A stretch of 64,000 nt of DNA, from NCBI GenBank assembly GCA_947085265.1, contig CAMTVR010000012.1, positions 178,180-242,179 on the forward strand, given 5' to 3'. Made by a program: the position numbers and the translations under genes. This DNA comes from an uncultured Bacillus sp. GTDB taxonomy: Bacteria > Bacillota > Bacilli > ZCTH02-B2. Of the stretch, positions 28,620 to 39,616 are shown in pieces. The notes under the pieces are model-generated. The model made no database searches, had not been told where the DNA came from, and was given only the letters and a program-made list of their open reading frames with translations. Within the stretch, counting starts at the first letter, position 1, and every line of letters begins with the position of its first letter.

Positions 28620-30691
28620 TCGAGAAATCCCCCTCTCTTCAGCATGTGTGCGATTTGCTCGTGTGTCATCAAAGATGACTGGGAGGTATACTCGCGAAAT
28701 GGCACAGGCTGTAGGGACCCGTATTGCCGGACAAGCGCCGGAGACGGATGTTCGGGCAGGACGATAAAGTACTGCTCCCCATAGCAATACGTGCGCGTCG
28801 TTTCGTAGCGGGAAACGAGCACCTCGTGCAGCTTCTCACCGGGACGGATGCCAATTACCTGGATGGGCACCGGTGCGATGGCCAGGTGTTCCCGCATGAC
28901 GATGGCCAGATCATGGATGTTGCATGCGTTCATTTTCATCACAAACGTCTCTCCCCCGATCGACACTTCGGCGGCCTTCAGCAGCAGTTCGATCGCTTCG
29001 GGCAGGGTGAGGAAAAAACGGGTCATGTCTTTGGAGGTGAGCGGAATCGGATTGCCTGCCAGGATCTGTTCGCGAAAAAGCGGGACGACACTGCCGTTGG
29101 TGCCCAGCACGTTTCCTCCCCGGACGCAGACGAAACGTGTCTTTTCACTAAGATTGTTGGCGCGGATCACCAGCCGTTCGCCCAGCCCCTTGGTCATGCC
29201 GTAAACGTTGACCGGTTCGACCGCTTTGTCGGTGGATACGTCGATCACCTTGTGAACCCCTTGGGCGATGCTGGCCCGGATGACGTTTTCGGTTCCCATG
29301 ACGTTGGTCTTGAGCGCCTCTGCCGGCTGATTCTCGCAGATCGGAACATGTTTCAACGCGGCCAAGTGAAAGACGTAATCCACGCCCGCGCACGCATCCC
29401 AAACGGCCTGGCAATCCCGTACATCCCCGATACGGAACTTGAGCGAGGGATGGTTGTCAAAAACCCGCTGCATCTGGACCTGGGCGTATTCGTTGCGGGA
29501 AAAGATGCGGATTTCTTTCGGGCGTTTCGCCAAAAGCCTGCGGGTCAGTTCCCGTCCCCATGAGCCGGTCCCGCCGGTTACCAGAATGGTTCGTCCTTCA
29601 AACATGGCGGAGCCCCCCCCCAATATGAAACGGACCACTTTCATCGATACGTTGGGGTCCTTGTACCCTTCGGGGCACTCCCAAGAACGGGAGGTGCCGA
29701 TCATCAGGCGAACACAGGCGGCGATTCGTTCCGGTTCCAGACCGGATACCGTATTGCTGCCGCATAATACCGTTTCGGGCCGCTCCGTCGATTGCCGGAT
29801 GGTGACCGCCGGGACGCCAAGGAGACAGCTCTCCTCTTGCACGGTGCCGCTGTCCGTCACGACGCAGCGGGCCTTTTTTTGCAGTTGGACAAAATCAAAA
29901 AATCCGAACGGCTCACACCACTTGATCAGCGGATGGGACGGATCGAGGGAGAACTGTCGGAAACGGGAACGGGTGCGCGGATGGACACTGCAGACAATCG
30001 GCAGCCCCGTCTGTTCAGCGACCAGCTTCAGGCCAGTGAGGATGTTGCGCAGCCTCCGTTCATTGTCGACGTTTTCGGCGCGGTGTGCCGTCACCAGGAT
30101 GTACTGGTTTGCGGCGAGACCGAGTCGCTCCACGATGTCGCTTCGCTCGATCCGTCCCCGATAGTGCTCCAGAACTTCATAGATGGGGTTGCCGCACACC
30201 CAGACGCGCTGCGGATCGATCCCTTCCCGCAGGAGATTTTCCCGCGCGACGGGTGTATACGGCAGGTTGTAGGAGGAGATGGCATCGATGATCTTGCGGT
30301 TGATTTCCTCCGGCACGGTCATATCGTAGCAGCGGTTTCCCGCTTCCATATGGTACACCGGCATTCCCAAACGCTCGGCCAGCACGGCGCAAAGCGCGCT
30401 GTTGGTGTCGCCGAGCACCAGGATGCGGTCGGGGCGTTCTGCGAGCATCAGCTGTTCCACTTGAGCGAATATCGTACCAACCTGTCTTCCAAATGAATGG
30501 GCATTTATTTGCAGTTTGTGGTCGGGTTGGCGAATGCCCAATTCCTCAAAAAAGATTTCGTTCAACAAGCGTTCGTAATTTTGTCCTGTATGAACCAACA
30601 CGTGGCGTGAGGCGAGGAGGTCAAGACGGGGTATGATCCGGCTCAGGCGGATCAATTCGGGACGTGTTCCGAGGATTGTCATCACTTTCAC
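28616..30691 (-). CDS. bifunctional fusion: N-terminal UDP-N-acetylglucosamine 2-epimerase (WecB/FnlC-like) fused to C-terminal UDP-GlcNAc 4,6-dehydratase (Polysacc_synt_2; Cap5E/FnlA/PseB-like)
   Basis: N-terminal domain MTILGTRPE...HMEAGNR...PEEINR is WecB-like; C-terminal domain LVTGGTGSWG...YGMTKGLGE...GTNGSVVP closely resembles Cap5E/FnlA; the two domains share a continuous reading frame; start GTG 30691 or ATG 30682 downstream of AAAGGAGG. Confidence 0.8.
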   Translation of the reverse strand: MKVMTILGTRPELIRLSRIIPRLDLLASRHVLVHTGQNYERLLNEIFFEELGIRQPDHKLQINAHSFGRQVGTIFAQVEQLMLAERPDRILVLGDTNSALCAVLAERLGMPVYHMEAGNRCYDMTVPEEINRKIIDAISSYNLPYTPVARENLLREGIDPQRVWVCGNPIYEVLEHYRGRIERSDIVERLGLAANQYILVTAHRAENVDNERRLRNILTGLKLVAEQTGLPIVCSVHPRTRSRFRQFSLDPSHPLIKWCEPFGFFDFVQLQKKARCVVTDSGTVQEESCLLGVPAVTIRQSTERPETVLCGSNTVSGLEPERIAACVRLMIGTSRSWECPEGYKDPNVSMKVVRFILGGGSAMFEGRTILVTGGTGSWGRELTRRLLAKRPKEIRIFSRNEYAQVQMQRVFDNHPSLKFRIGDVRDCQAVWDACAGVDYVFHLAALKHVPICENQPAEALKTNVMGTENVIRASIAQGVHKVIDVSTDKAVEPVNVYGMTKGLGERLVIRANNLSEKTRFVCVRGGNVLGTNGSVVPLFREQILAGNPIPLTSKDMTRFFLTLPEAIELLLKAAEVSIGGETFVMKMNACNIHDLAIVMREHLAIAPVPIQVIGIRPGEKLHEVLVSRYETTRTYCYGEQYFIVLPEHPSPALVRQYGSLQPVPFREYTSQSSLMTHEQIAHMLKRGGFLD

Positions 30692-30744
30692 ATCCAATGA
30701 GCCTCCTTTCCTCACTTTCCTTCCTCCAAAGTTCAAGACTGAGC

Positions 30745-31458
30745 TCATTCCGCTTCTTTCGGGAGCAAGAGGTGTTTCCACTTGGGAAATTCCTCATTGG
30801 CCCTCGTGAAATCCGCCGGCTGGCCGATGTCCATCCAGAACGCATCATTTTCATAATGCCGAACCGTCTCTCCTTTTTCCAAAAGCGCTTGGATCAGATC
30901 TGGGATGTCGAAAAACTGCCGTTCCGGGATGTACTCAAGAATGAGTGGATCCATCATGTAGATCCCCATACTGACATGGGCATTGCGCAGCGGTTTCTCG
31001 ATGAATCGGATGACACGTTCTCCCTCCGTCTCCAGCACACCAAGGTTGATGGGCACGTGTTTTTGTTGCGATGCGACGGTCATGATGCTGCGTCCGGACG
31101 TGTGAAACTCCCAGAACGCACGAAACGACAATGTGGTCAGTATATCGCAGTTGATGAGCAAAAACGGCTCGGACAAGTGGGTGAGCGTCTTAAGCGGTCC
31201 TGCCGTCCCGCGGGGTTCCGTTTCCACCTGATAGGCAATCGAGACGCTCCACGCACTCCCGTCGCCAAAATAGCTCTGGATCAAGGAAGCCCGATAACCG
31301 CATGCCATTGTGATGTTGGTGAAACCGTGGTATTGGAGCTGTTTCACGATGATTTCCAGAATCGGCTGATCTCCTACCGGCAAAAGTCCTTTGGGCAGCA
31401 CCTTGGTGTACGGCATCATGCGTACGCCTCTGCCCCCGGTCATGATGACAGCATCCAC
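30745..31458 (-). CDS. sugar-1-phosphate nucleotidyltransferase (NTP_transferase; short RmlA/RfbF/HddC-like)
   Basis: MTGGRGVRMMPYTKVLPKGLLPV nucleotidyltransferase signature; GTG start 15 nt after the upstream stop with GAGAGGGGGAA RBS. Confidence 0.8.
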   Translation of the reverse strand: MDAVIMTGGRGVRMMPYTKVLPKGLLPVGDQPILEIIVKQLQYHGFTNITMACGYRASLIQSYFGDGSAWSVSIAYQVETEPRGTAGPLKTLTHLSEPFLLINCDILTTLSFRAFWEFHTSGRSIMTVASQQKHVPINLGVLETEGERVIRFIEKPLRNAHVSMGIYMMDPLILEYIPERQFFDIPDLIQALLEKGETVRHYENDAFWMDIGQPADFTRANEEFPKWKHLLLPKEAE

Positions 31459-31473
31459 GGTTGATTCCCCCTC

Positions 31474-32466
31474 TCACACGATGTACTCGGTCGGACGCTG
31501 ATATAAGTGCTTGTGGCGCATCATCCAGTCAATCGTCCGCTGCAGGCCTTCTTCCAGAGTCACAGATGGCTTCCATCCCAAGACGACTGCTGCCTTGCTG
31601 CTGTCAGAAAACAGCCGATCCACTTCGCTTTTTTTCGGCCGTAGCCGGTTTTGATCCACCCGCACCGGCAAATCCCGGCCCATTCGCTCGAGAATCATGC
31701 GGGCCAAATCCCGCACCGAGATTTCAAACCCGGAACCGACGTTGAACAAATCGCCGACCGCTTTGTCCTCTTCGGCCGCGTATAGAAACGCCCGCACGGT
31801 ATCTTCCACAAAAGTGTAATCTCGTGTTGGCGACAAGTTTCCCAATACTATTTCCGAGCGGTGAAGGGCCTGGTTGATAATCGTCGGAATGACCGCCCGC
31901 ATGGACTGATGCGGACCGTAAACGTTGAACGGGCGAATGGTTACCACTGGCGTGTTGTACGAACAGTGGAAGCTCTCTACAAGCTTGTCGGCCGCTATTT
32001 TGCTTGCCGAATACGGAGACTGTCCCTGAAGCGGATGGGTTTCGTCCATTGGCACGTAACGTGCAGTGCCGTACACCTCGCTCGTCGACGTGTGTACCAT
32101 GCGGGGAATGCCCAGATCCCGGACCGCCTGGAGCACGTGCAAGGTGCCGAGCACATTGGTCTCGACGACTTCTGTGGGGTTACGGTAAGAATACGGGATG
32201 GCGATCAGCGCGCCAAGGTGAAACACCGCATCGACACCCTTCACAGCCTGATAAACCGCTTGAGGGTCCCGCAAATCTCCCTTGACAACCTCAATTTCCT
32301 TGAGTTGATCGGCCGGCAGATGCTCGAGAAACCCGAGCGTATTGAGCGAATGGTAGCGCACAAACGCGCGGACGGTCGCGCCAGACATGACGAGCAGCTG
32401 AGTCAGGTGGCTGCCGATAAAACCAGATGACCCCGTCACCAGCACTGTTTTTCTTCTGATGTCCAT
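31474..32466 (-). CDS. NAD-dependent epimerase/dehydratase family protein (extended SDR, RmlB-like sugar 4,6-dehydratase or 4-epimerase)
   Basis: TGSSGFIGSHL Rossmann motif, TSTSEVYG, YSASK catalytic Tyr/Lys; start ATG 32466; the ORF track N-terminal extension is rejected. Confidence 0.75.
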   Translation of the reverse strand: MDIRRKTVLVTGSSGFIGSHLTQLLVMSGATVRAFVRYHSLNTLGFLEHLPADQLKEIEVVKGDLRDPQAVYQAVKGVDAVFHLGALIAIPYSYRNPTEVVETNVLGTLHVLQAVRDLGIPRMVHTSTSEVYGTARYVPMDETHPLQGQSPYSASKIAADKLVESFHCSYNTPVVTIRPFNVYGPHQSMRAVIPTIINQALHRSEIVLGNLSPTRDYTFVEDTVRAFLYAAEEDKAVGDLFNVGSGFEISVRDLARMILERMGRDLPVRVDQNRLRPKKSEVDRLFSDSSKAAVVLGWKPSVTLEEGLQRTIDWMMRHKHLYQRPTEYIV

Positions 32467-32512
32467 CTTCTTTCCCAACCCTTCTGATGCAGTTGTTCTT
32501 GATGCCTGTGTA

Positions 32513-34494
<1,982 letters not shown>

Positions 34495-35859
34495 TTACCC
34501 TTTTTGTATTCCATTCCGGATCTCTTCCCAGGACAAAGCGAGATGAACCGTATCTTCTTCCGACTGGTTTCCGAATTGCACTTCGATGATGTCCAGATCT
34601 TTGGAAGCTATGACGGCGTGCCTGGCTCCGGCCGGAAGTTCCCATACAGCGCCCGGACAAATGGAGAAAATCCGTCCGTTCAAGACCAATTCCCCCTCTC
34701 CGGCCGCCACGATCCACACCTTGCGGCAATGCGTGTGATACCGATAGCTGAGATGCTTACCCGCGCGGAGATGGATTTTCCGGGTCAATGCTTCATGATT
34801 CTGATCATCCAATACGCGAGACCAGCCCCAGCCCCGTTCCTCATACTTCACGCGTTTGGCAATCGCTGGTGCGGCATTTTTCACGAGGTTGCTCTTGGCT
34901 TTGTCCGCGACCAGGATTCCGTCCGGGCTCGCAGCAACCACCACATCCGAAACGCCAATCGTGACCACAGGAATTTCCAATTCGTTCAGAATGTGCACAT
35001 TCTTGCAGTCCACGCATTTTGCAAACGCTTCGTCTGTTCCGTCCATCTCCTGCGTGATTTCATTCCAGGTGCCCAAATCTTTCCAAAAACCAGAATAAGG
35101 AATCACCACCGCCTGACTGGCGTTTTCAACAATTTCATAATCAAAACTGATTTTTGGCAAATTCCCATATTCCTGCAGCATTTTTTCATAGTCCGTGGGC
35201 CACCCTCTTTTGGCCAATTCTTGGATCACATCACCCAACCGGAAGGCAAAAATGCCGCTGTTCCACAAGGCACATTGCGTGAAAAGCTGGTGCATCTCCC
35301 GCTCCTGCGGTTTTTCCTTAAAATACTGCACTTTTTGGTAGGCGATTTCAGAAGCCAGGTCCGTCTGTTCCCCGGAGGGAACAATGTAGCCGTATTGGGA
35401 TGACGGGTAGGACGGCGCTATGCCAATCAGGGCAAGTGCCGCGCCCGAGTGATGAATCACTTCCTCCAATTGTTTCATCTTCACAAAAAACGCATCGTCC
35501 GCATGAAAATCGACAGGCATCACTGTGATTACATCCGAACAATCGACACGCTGTTTTGAATAAAAATACGTTGCCGCCAATGCGATTGCCGGGAATGTAT
35601 CCCGTGGTTCAGGCTCAATGATCAGTGGCACTTCAGTTCCCAACTGATCGTGCACGAGATCGACATGCGTTTGCGACGTTGCAATGTACGCATCACTGGA
35701 CGGCAGATGTTCCTCCAGTTTTCTCCAGGTCCGTTGAACCATGGACTCTTTTTCGCCTTTTGGATGATGGAATATTTTTAAAAACGGTTTGGAACGCAGA
35801 TGATGGGAGAATGGCCACAACCTTTTTCCTGATCCCCCCGCAAGGAGCACCAATTTCAT
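34495..35859 (-). CDS. manC: mannose-1-phosphate guanylyltransferase / mannose-6-phosphate isomerase (type II PMI-GMP, ManC/XanB)
   Basis: LAGGSGKRLWP nucleotidyltransferase N-terminus plus C-terminal cupin (PMI) domain; ATG 35859 with GAGGTG RBS. Confidence 0.85.
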   Translation of the reverse strand: MKLVLLAGGSGKRLWPFSHHLRSKPFLKIFHHPKGEKESMVQRTWRKLEEHLPSSDAYIATSQTHVDLVHDQLGTEVPLIIEPEPRDTFPAIALAATYFYSKQRVDCSDVITVMPVDFHADDAFFVKMKQLEEVIHHSGAALALIGIAPSYPSSQYGYIVPSGEQTDLASEIAYQKVQYFKEKPQEREMHQLFTQCALWNSGIFAFRLGDVIQELAKRGWPTDYEKMLQEYGNLPKISFDYEIVENASQAVVIPYSGFWKDLGTWNEITQEMDGTDEAFAKCVDCKNVHILNELEIPVVTIGVSDVVVAASPDGILVADKAKSNLVKNAAPAIAKRVKYEERGWGWSRVLDDQNHEALTRKIHLRAGKHLSYRYHTHCRKVWIVAAGEGELVLNGRIFSICPGAVWELPAGARHAVIASKDLDIIEVQFGNQSEEDTVHLALSWEEIRNGIQKG

Positions 35860-36075
35860 TGTCCGCACCTCTATCCCCTTCGCTTTTACGACCATCATAT
35901 GTACAGGTGTGAAAAGGTGATCTATCCCACCCCGCAAAAATGGTCGTCTTTCCCGAGATCTCGTGCGGCATGTGCAACCGTCCAATCCAAACAAGCGGCA
36001 GGATCATATGGTAAAAGTGTTCACGCGCCAAGTTGATATGGCAAGAACGTCAAAAAACCTGGGAAGGGGATGAAC

Positions 36076-36921
36076 ATGGGCGGTTTATGGACAGACGAGG
36101 AGATCCTTGAAGCCATCCATCAGCGCAGATGGTATCACAAAATACCCATTCGTCCCGGCATCACAACCCCCGGCAATGATTACGACAGATTGTGGGACAT
36201 TATCCGTGCCGCCAGGAAACATATTGACTACACAGGAAAAAGAGTGCTCGACATCGCCAGTTTTGATGGCTTGTGGGCGTTTGAAGCCGAGCGGCTGGGG
36301 GCGAGCTTTGTCGTTGCCACGGATTGCTATCAGCCGGCTTTTGCGAATTTCGCGTTATGCAAGGAGATCCTAAAAAGCAATGTCGTTCCACTATACAACG
36401 TCTCCCCGTATTCCTTGTGGGACGGACTGAAAGTGATTCTGATGGATGACGAATCGACACCGCTTCCTTATCCGCAGCAAGTTCGCCACAACTTGTTCGA
36501 TATTGTTCAGCACCTCGGCCTGTTATATCACGTGCGGGATCCTCTGATGACTTTGTCTCAATCACGGAGCGTCATCAAGACAGGAGGGTTCTTGCTTCTG
36601 GAAACAGCGGCCATTTTGAACCCTGGAGAATCATTGATGGTGTACAACGGTCCGCCGGAGAACAAAAAACGCATTTACCTGGATGTGACCACGTGGTGGA
36701 TCCCGACCATCCAGTGTGTGATGGAAATGCTGAAAACCACACTGTTTGAGCCAATGCCGGAAACCATTCACATTCTTGAAGATCAGCCAATCAGCGGGTA
36801 TCCGCTCGGACGTATGGCCGTCGTTGCAAAAGCCGTTCCCGGGCATGCGATTGCCCAAGATACCTACAAAGAGCTGTTGCGCACCTTCCGCAATCCCGGC
36901 CTGGTCCCGGAATACCTGTAA
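36076..36921 (+). CDS. DUF1698/CmoB-like class I methyltransferase-fold protein
   Basis: block similarity to CmoB (WYH.I.....TPG; GKRVLD...; ...LYH...PL; LLETxxI), but the glycine-rich SAM loop is degenerate (DIASFDG instead of GxGxG); ATG at 36070 or 36076 after GGGAAGGGG. Confidence 0.55.
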   Translation: MGGLWTDEEILEAIHQRRWYHKIPIRPGITTPGNDYDRLWDIIRAARKHIDYTGKRVLDIASFDGLWAFEAERLGASFVVATDCYQPAFANFALCKEILKSNVVPLYNVSPYSLWDGLKVILMDDESTPLPYPQQVRHNLFDIVQHLGLLYHVRDPLMTLSQSRSVIKTGGFLLLETAAILNPGESLMVYNGPPENKKRIYLDVTTWWIPTIQCVMEMLKTTLFEPMPETIHILEDQPISGYPLGRMAVVAKAVPGHAIAQDTYKELLRTFRNPGLVPEYL

Positions 36922-36976
36922 CGACCAACCATCATGCGGCAAACGCCGGGCGGGAATGAAGCGACCGCACTGATTT

Positions 36977-38188
36977 TTGGCAAGCGAGGTGTGGCCTTTG
37001 TCTGCTCCTTTGGTTAGCGTCATTACCACATCGTATCACCGCGCCCGGTTTATCCGGGAGACGATCGAAAGCGTTTTGCAGCAGGATTATCCTTTCATTG
37101 AACACATCGTGGTGGACGGAGGATCGACGGACGGCACGGTGGAGATCCTGCAACAATACAGCCAACGCGGCGACCGTTTTCGTTTCGTCTCCGAACCGGA
37201 CCGTGGGCAGTCGCACGCGGTGAACAAGGGACTGGCCATGGCGCGGGGCGAGATCATCGGGTGGCTGAATTCGGACGACACTTATGTGCCGGGAGCCGTA
37301 AAAAAAGCGGTGCAGGCGTTTCAGCGCCATCCGGACTGGGCGATGATCCACGGCAGGGCATTTTTCATCGATGAGAACGGTCATGGACAAGGGCCAGTCG
37401 GTTATACCGCCCCCATCGACTTCGACAAATTGTTCCACGGATGTTTTGTCTCCCATCCGACAGTTTTTATCAGGAAAAGCGTGTTCCAACAAATCGGGGG
37501 AGCGGATGAAACCCTCAAATTTTGCTTGGATTACGATGTGTGGATTCGGATCGCCAGGAACCACGTCATCGGGTTTATCGACGATTTTCTCGCCAATTAC
37601 AGAGTTCATCGCGGCTCACAGACAAACCGCGAATGGAAAACAGTCGGCATTCCCGAGATCTTGAAAATCATCGCAAGGCATTACGGCACGGTTTCAAAAA
37701 CCTGGATGTCGATCTATTTAAGTGAAATGGAGGATAGAAACGTTTTTCAGATTTTGCGTCGCTTTCAAGCTGCCTCGTTGTTCGGCAATCCGCCGAAAAT
37801 CACAAGGATGAACAGGCACGAAGATTTCAGTGTTCCTCCCTTGTTCCGGATCACATTGGCATCGGATCCTGGATTCCCGATGAAAATGCTGCTTGTCAAA
37901 GGCAGGATGCTGGCTTCACGAATGTATGATGCGCACAAGTTCACGTGCACCGTACTGGTAAATGGACAAACGGTCAGGAATTACGACATCACAACATCCC
38001 CGTTCGTTTTTGAAATCCCGCTTCCCCCGGATCGCGCGGTCAATCAAGTGGACATTCTTTCCTCAAAGTTCTCCATGGCGGACCACTCCGACGCGAGAAA
38101 GCGGAGCTTTGTTGCGGAGGAGGTGATCCCCCTCTCCCGCACCGAAGCCGAGATTTATCGCACGCATCTTAAACCTCTCCTGGTTTAA
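36977..38188 (+). CDS. family 2 glycosyltransferase (GT-A fold) with a roughly 180-aa C-terminal domain of unknown function; paralog A
   Basis: SVITTSY...DGGSTDGT...NSDD motifs; highly similar to the next gene. Confidence 0.8.
   Translation: MASEVWPLSAPLVSVITTSYHRARFIRETIESVLQQDYPFIEHIVVDGGSTDGTVEILQQYSQRGDRFRFVSEPDRGQSHAVNKGLAMARGEIIGWLNSDDTYVPGAVKKAVQAFQRHPDWAMIHGRAFFIDENGHGQGPVGYTAPIDFDKLFHGCFVSHPTVFIRKSVFQQIGGADETLKFCLDYDVWIRIARNHVIGFIDDFLANYRVHRGSQTNREWKTVGIPEILKIIARHYGTVSKTWMSIYLSEMEDRNVFQILRRFQAASLFGNPPKITRMNRHEDFSVPPLFRITLASDPGFPMKMLLVKGRMLASRMYDAHKFTCTVLVNGQTVRNYDITTSPFVFEIPLPPDRAVNQVDILSSKFSMADHSDARKRSFVAEEVIPLSRTEAEIYRTHLKPLLV
37045..37297 (+). repeat. direct repeat copy 1 (5' region of GT2 paralog A); near-identical to 38351-38603
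   Basis: long stretches of identical DNA (for example gcgttttgcagcaggattatcctttcattgaacacatcgtgg...ggaggatcgacggacggcacggtgga) shared between the two tandem genes. Confidence 0.8.
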
Positions 38189-38299
38189 TGCGGTGAACAC
38201 GCGTTTTTCGGGAAGCGACGAATGGGAACGCGCGCGCCAGCCGGCGCCATTGGAGGTGCCCGCTTAACCCACTAAACTGAAAGCGATGGAGTGATCGAG

Positions 38300-39616
38300 A
38301 TGGCCCATCTTCCGCTGGTGAGCATCATCACGCCCAGCTACAACCGAAGCCGTTTTATCCGGGAGACGGTCGTGAGCGTTTTGCAGCAGGATTATCCTTT
38401 TATTGAACACATCGTGGTCGACGGAGGATCGACGGACGGCACGGTGGAAATTCTGCAACAATACAGCCAACACGGCGACAGGTTTCGCTATGTCTCGGAA
38501 CCGGACCGCGGCCAGTCGCACGCGATCAACAAGGGGCTGGCCATGTCTCGGGGCGAGATCATCGGGTGGCTGAATTCGGACGATACGTATCTGCCAGGCG
38601 CCATCCGCAAGGCCGTGCGCGCGCTGCTGCAGCATCCCCACTGGGCGATGGTGCATGGCTTGGCTTACGTGACGGACGAGCGGAGCCAGCGGCGGTCCGC
38701 TTATTCGGTGGAACCGGTGGATTACCAGAAATTGTTTCATGGTTGCCGCATCTGCCAGCCCACCGCCTTTATTCGCAAGGATGTCTTTCAACAGCTGGGG
38801 GGAGTGGATGAGTCACTGCACTTTTGCATGGATTATGATCTCTGGATCCGGATCGCCAAACGGCACACCATCGGGTTTCTCGATGAATATTTGGCCACTG
38901 CCAGAGTCCACCCGTCAGCCAAAAGCGTGACGCATTGGAAATCCATCGGCCTTCCCGAGATCCTGCAGACCATTTCCAAGCATTACGGAACCGTCTCCAA
39001 TGATTGGCTGCAATTGTTCCTGTCGCAACACGCGGATAAAGACATTTTCTGGTTGTTAAACCGCTTCAAGGATTATTCAGTTTTTGGAATTCCGCCAAAA
39101 ATCAGCAACATAAACCGATATGCCGATTTCTGGGTTCCCGCCCGATTGGTCATGACCGTGGAGGCGGATCCGGGGTTTCCCTTGCACGCCTTGCTGCTCA
39201 AGGGGAGGGTTCCCCTGTCCGCCTTCCCGTCCGCCCACAGGAACAAATATCGGCTCACTGTTCTTTTAAACCGTAAAATCACCGGCACCTTTTTCATTGA
39301 CCAGGAATCCTTCACTCTGGAAGTCCCTCTTCATACTTCCCAGTCATCCAACCACATTGAAATGATGTCATCCCACTTCATCCCTTCCGGGCATCCCCTG
39401 AACCCTCATCAGACGCCGCTCAGCTTTCTCGCCGACGACGTCATTCCTCTTTCCCGCAAGGAAGCGGAATTTTACCGCGTCTATCAGCGCTCTCCATACC
39501 TGGCTGCAGCTTGGATCTGGCAAAACAGGCAGCCTGTTCCTTGCCCGCCATCGCTTCAAGAAAATCCCTTTCGGAGCGGAACTGGAAGCACCCACGACGG
39601 GGAGGACACTGGATGA
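38300..39616 (+). CDS. family 2 glycosyltransferase with divergent C-terminal extension; paralog B
   Basis: N-terminal roughly 100 aa about 90% identical to paralog A, then diverging; ATG 38300 after GGAGTG RBS. Confidence 0.8.
   Translation: MAHLPLVSIITPSYNRSRFIRETVVSVLQQDYPFIEHIVVDGGSTDGTVEILQQYSQHGDRFRYVSEPDRGQSHAINKGLAMSRGEIIGWLNSDDTYLPGAIRKAVRALLQHPHWAMVHGLAYVTDERSQRRSAYSVEPVDYQKLFHGCRICQPTAFIRKDVFQQLGGVDESLHFCMDYDLWIRIAKRHTIGFLDEYLATARVHPSAKSVTHWKSIGLPEILQTISKHYGTVSNDWLQLFLSQHADKDIFWLLNRFKDYSVFGIPPKISNINRYADFWVPARLVMTVEADPGFPLHALLLKGRVPLSAFPSAHRNKYRLTVLLNRKITGTFFIDQESFTLEVPLHTSQSSNHIEMMSSHFIPSGHPLNPHQTPLSFLADDVIPLSRKEAEFYRVYQRSPYLAAAWIWQNRQPVPCPPSLQENPFRSGTGSTHDGEDTG
38351..38603 (+). 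repeat. direct repeat copy 2 (5' region of GT2 paralog B)
   Basis: see copy 1. Confidence 0.8.

Noticed and set aside
28620-28787. N-terminal 56 codons of the ORF track entry for the RmlD-like reductase
   Set aside because: This overlaps the upstream gene in another frame. A TTGA start/stop overlap with GAGAGGGGGA RBS at 28619 gives a normal-length (284 aa) reductase.
27771-30500. Numerous ORFs of 60-280 aa on the opposite strand or in other frames of the sugar-nucleotide operon (for example 28724..29563+, 29439..30164+, 29792..30496+)
   Set aside because: High GC content suppresses stop codons. None has an RBS or recognisable motifs, and they are mutually overlapping.
30692-30781. N-terminal extension (METPLAPERSG...) of the epimerase-dehydratase fusion
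   Set aside because: It overlaps the nucleotidyltransferase gene. A strong AAAGGAGG RBS sits inside it, just upstream of GTG/ATG at 30691/30682, where the WecB-like domain begins.
36070-36921. Considered calling this a bona fide tRNA-modifying CmoB
   Set aside because: The genomic context (head of a glycosyltransferase operon) and the degenerate SAM loop argue against the housekeeping tRNA enzyme. It is kept as a DUF1698-like methyltransferase fold of unknown substrate.
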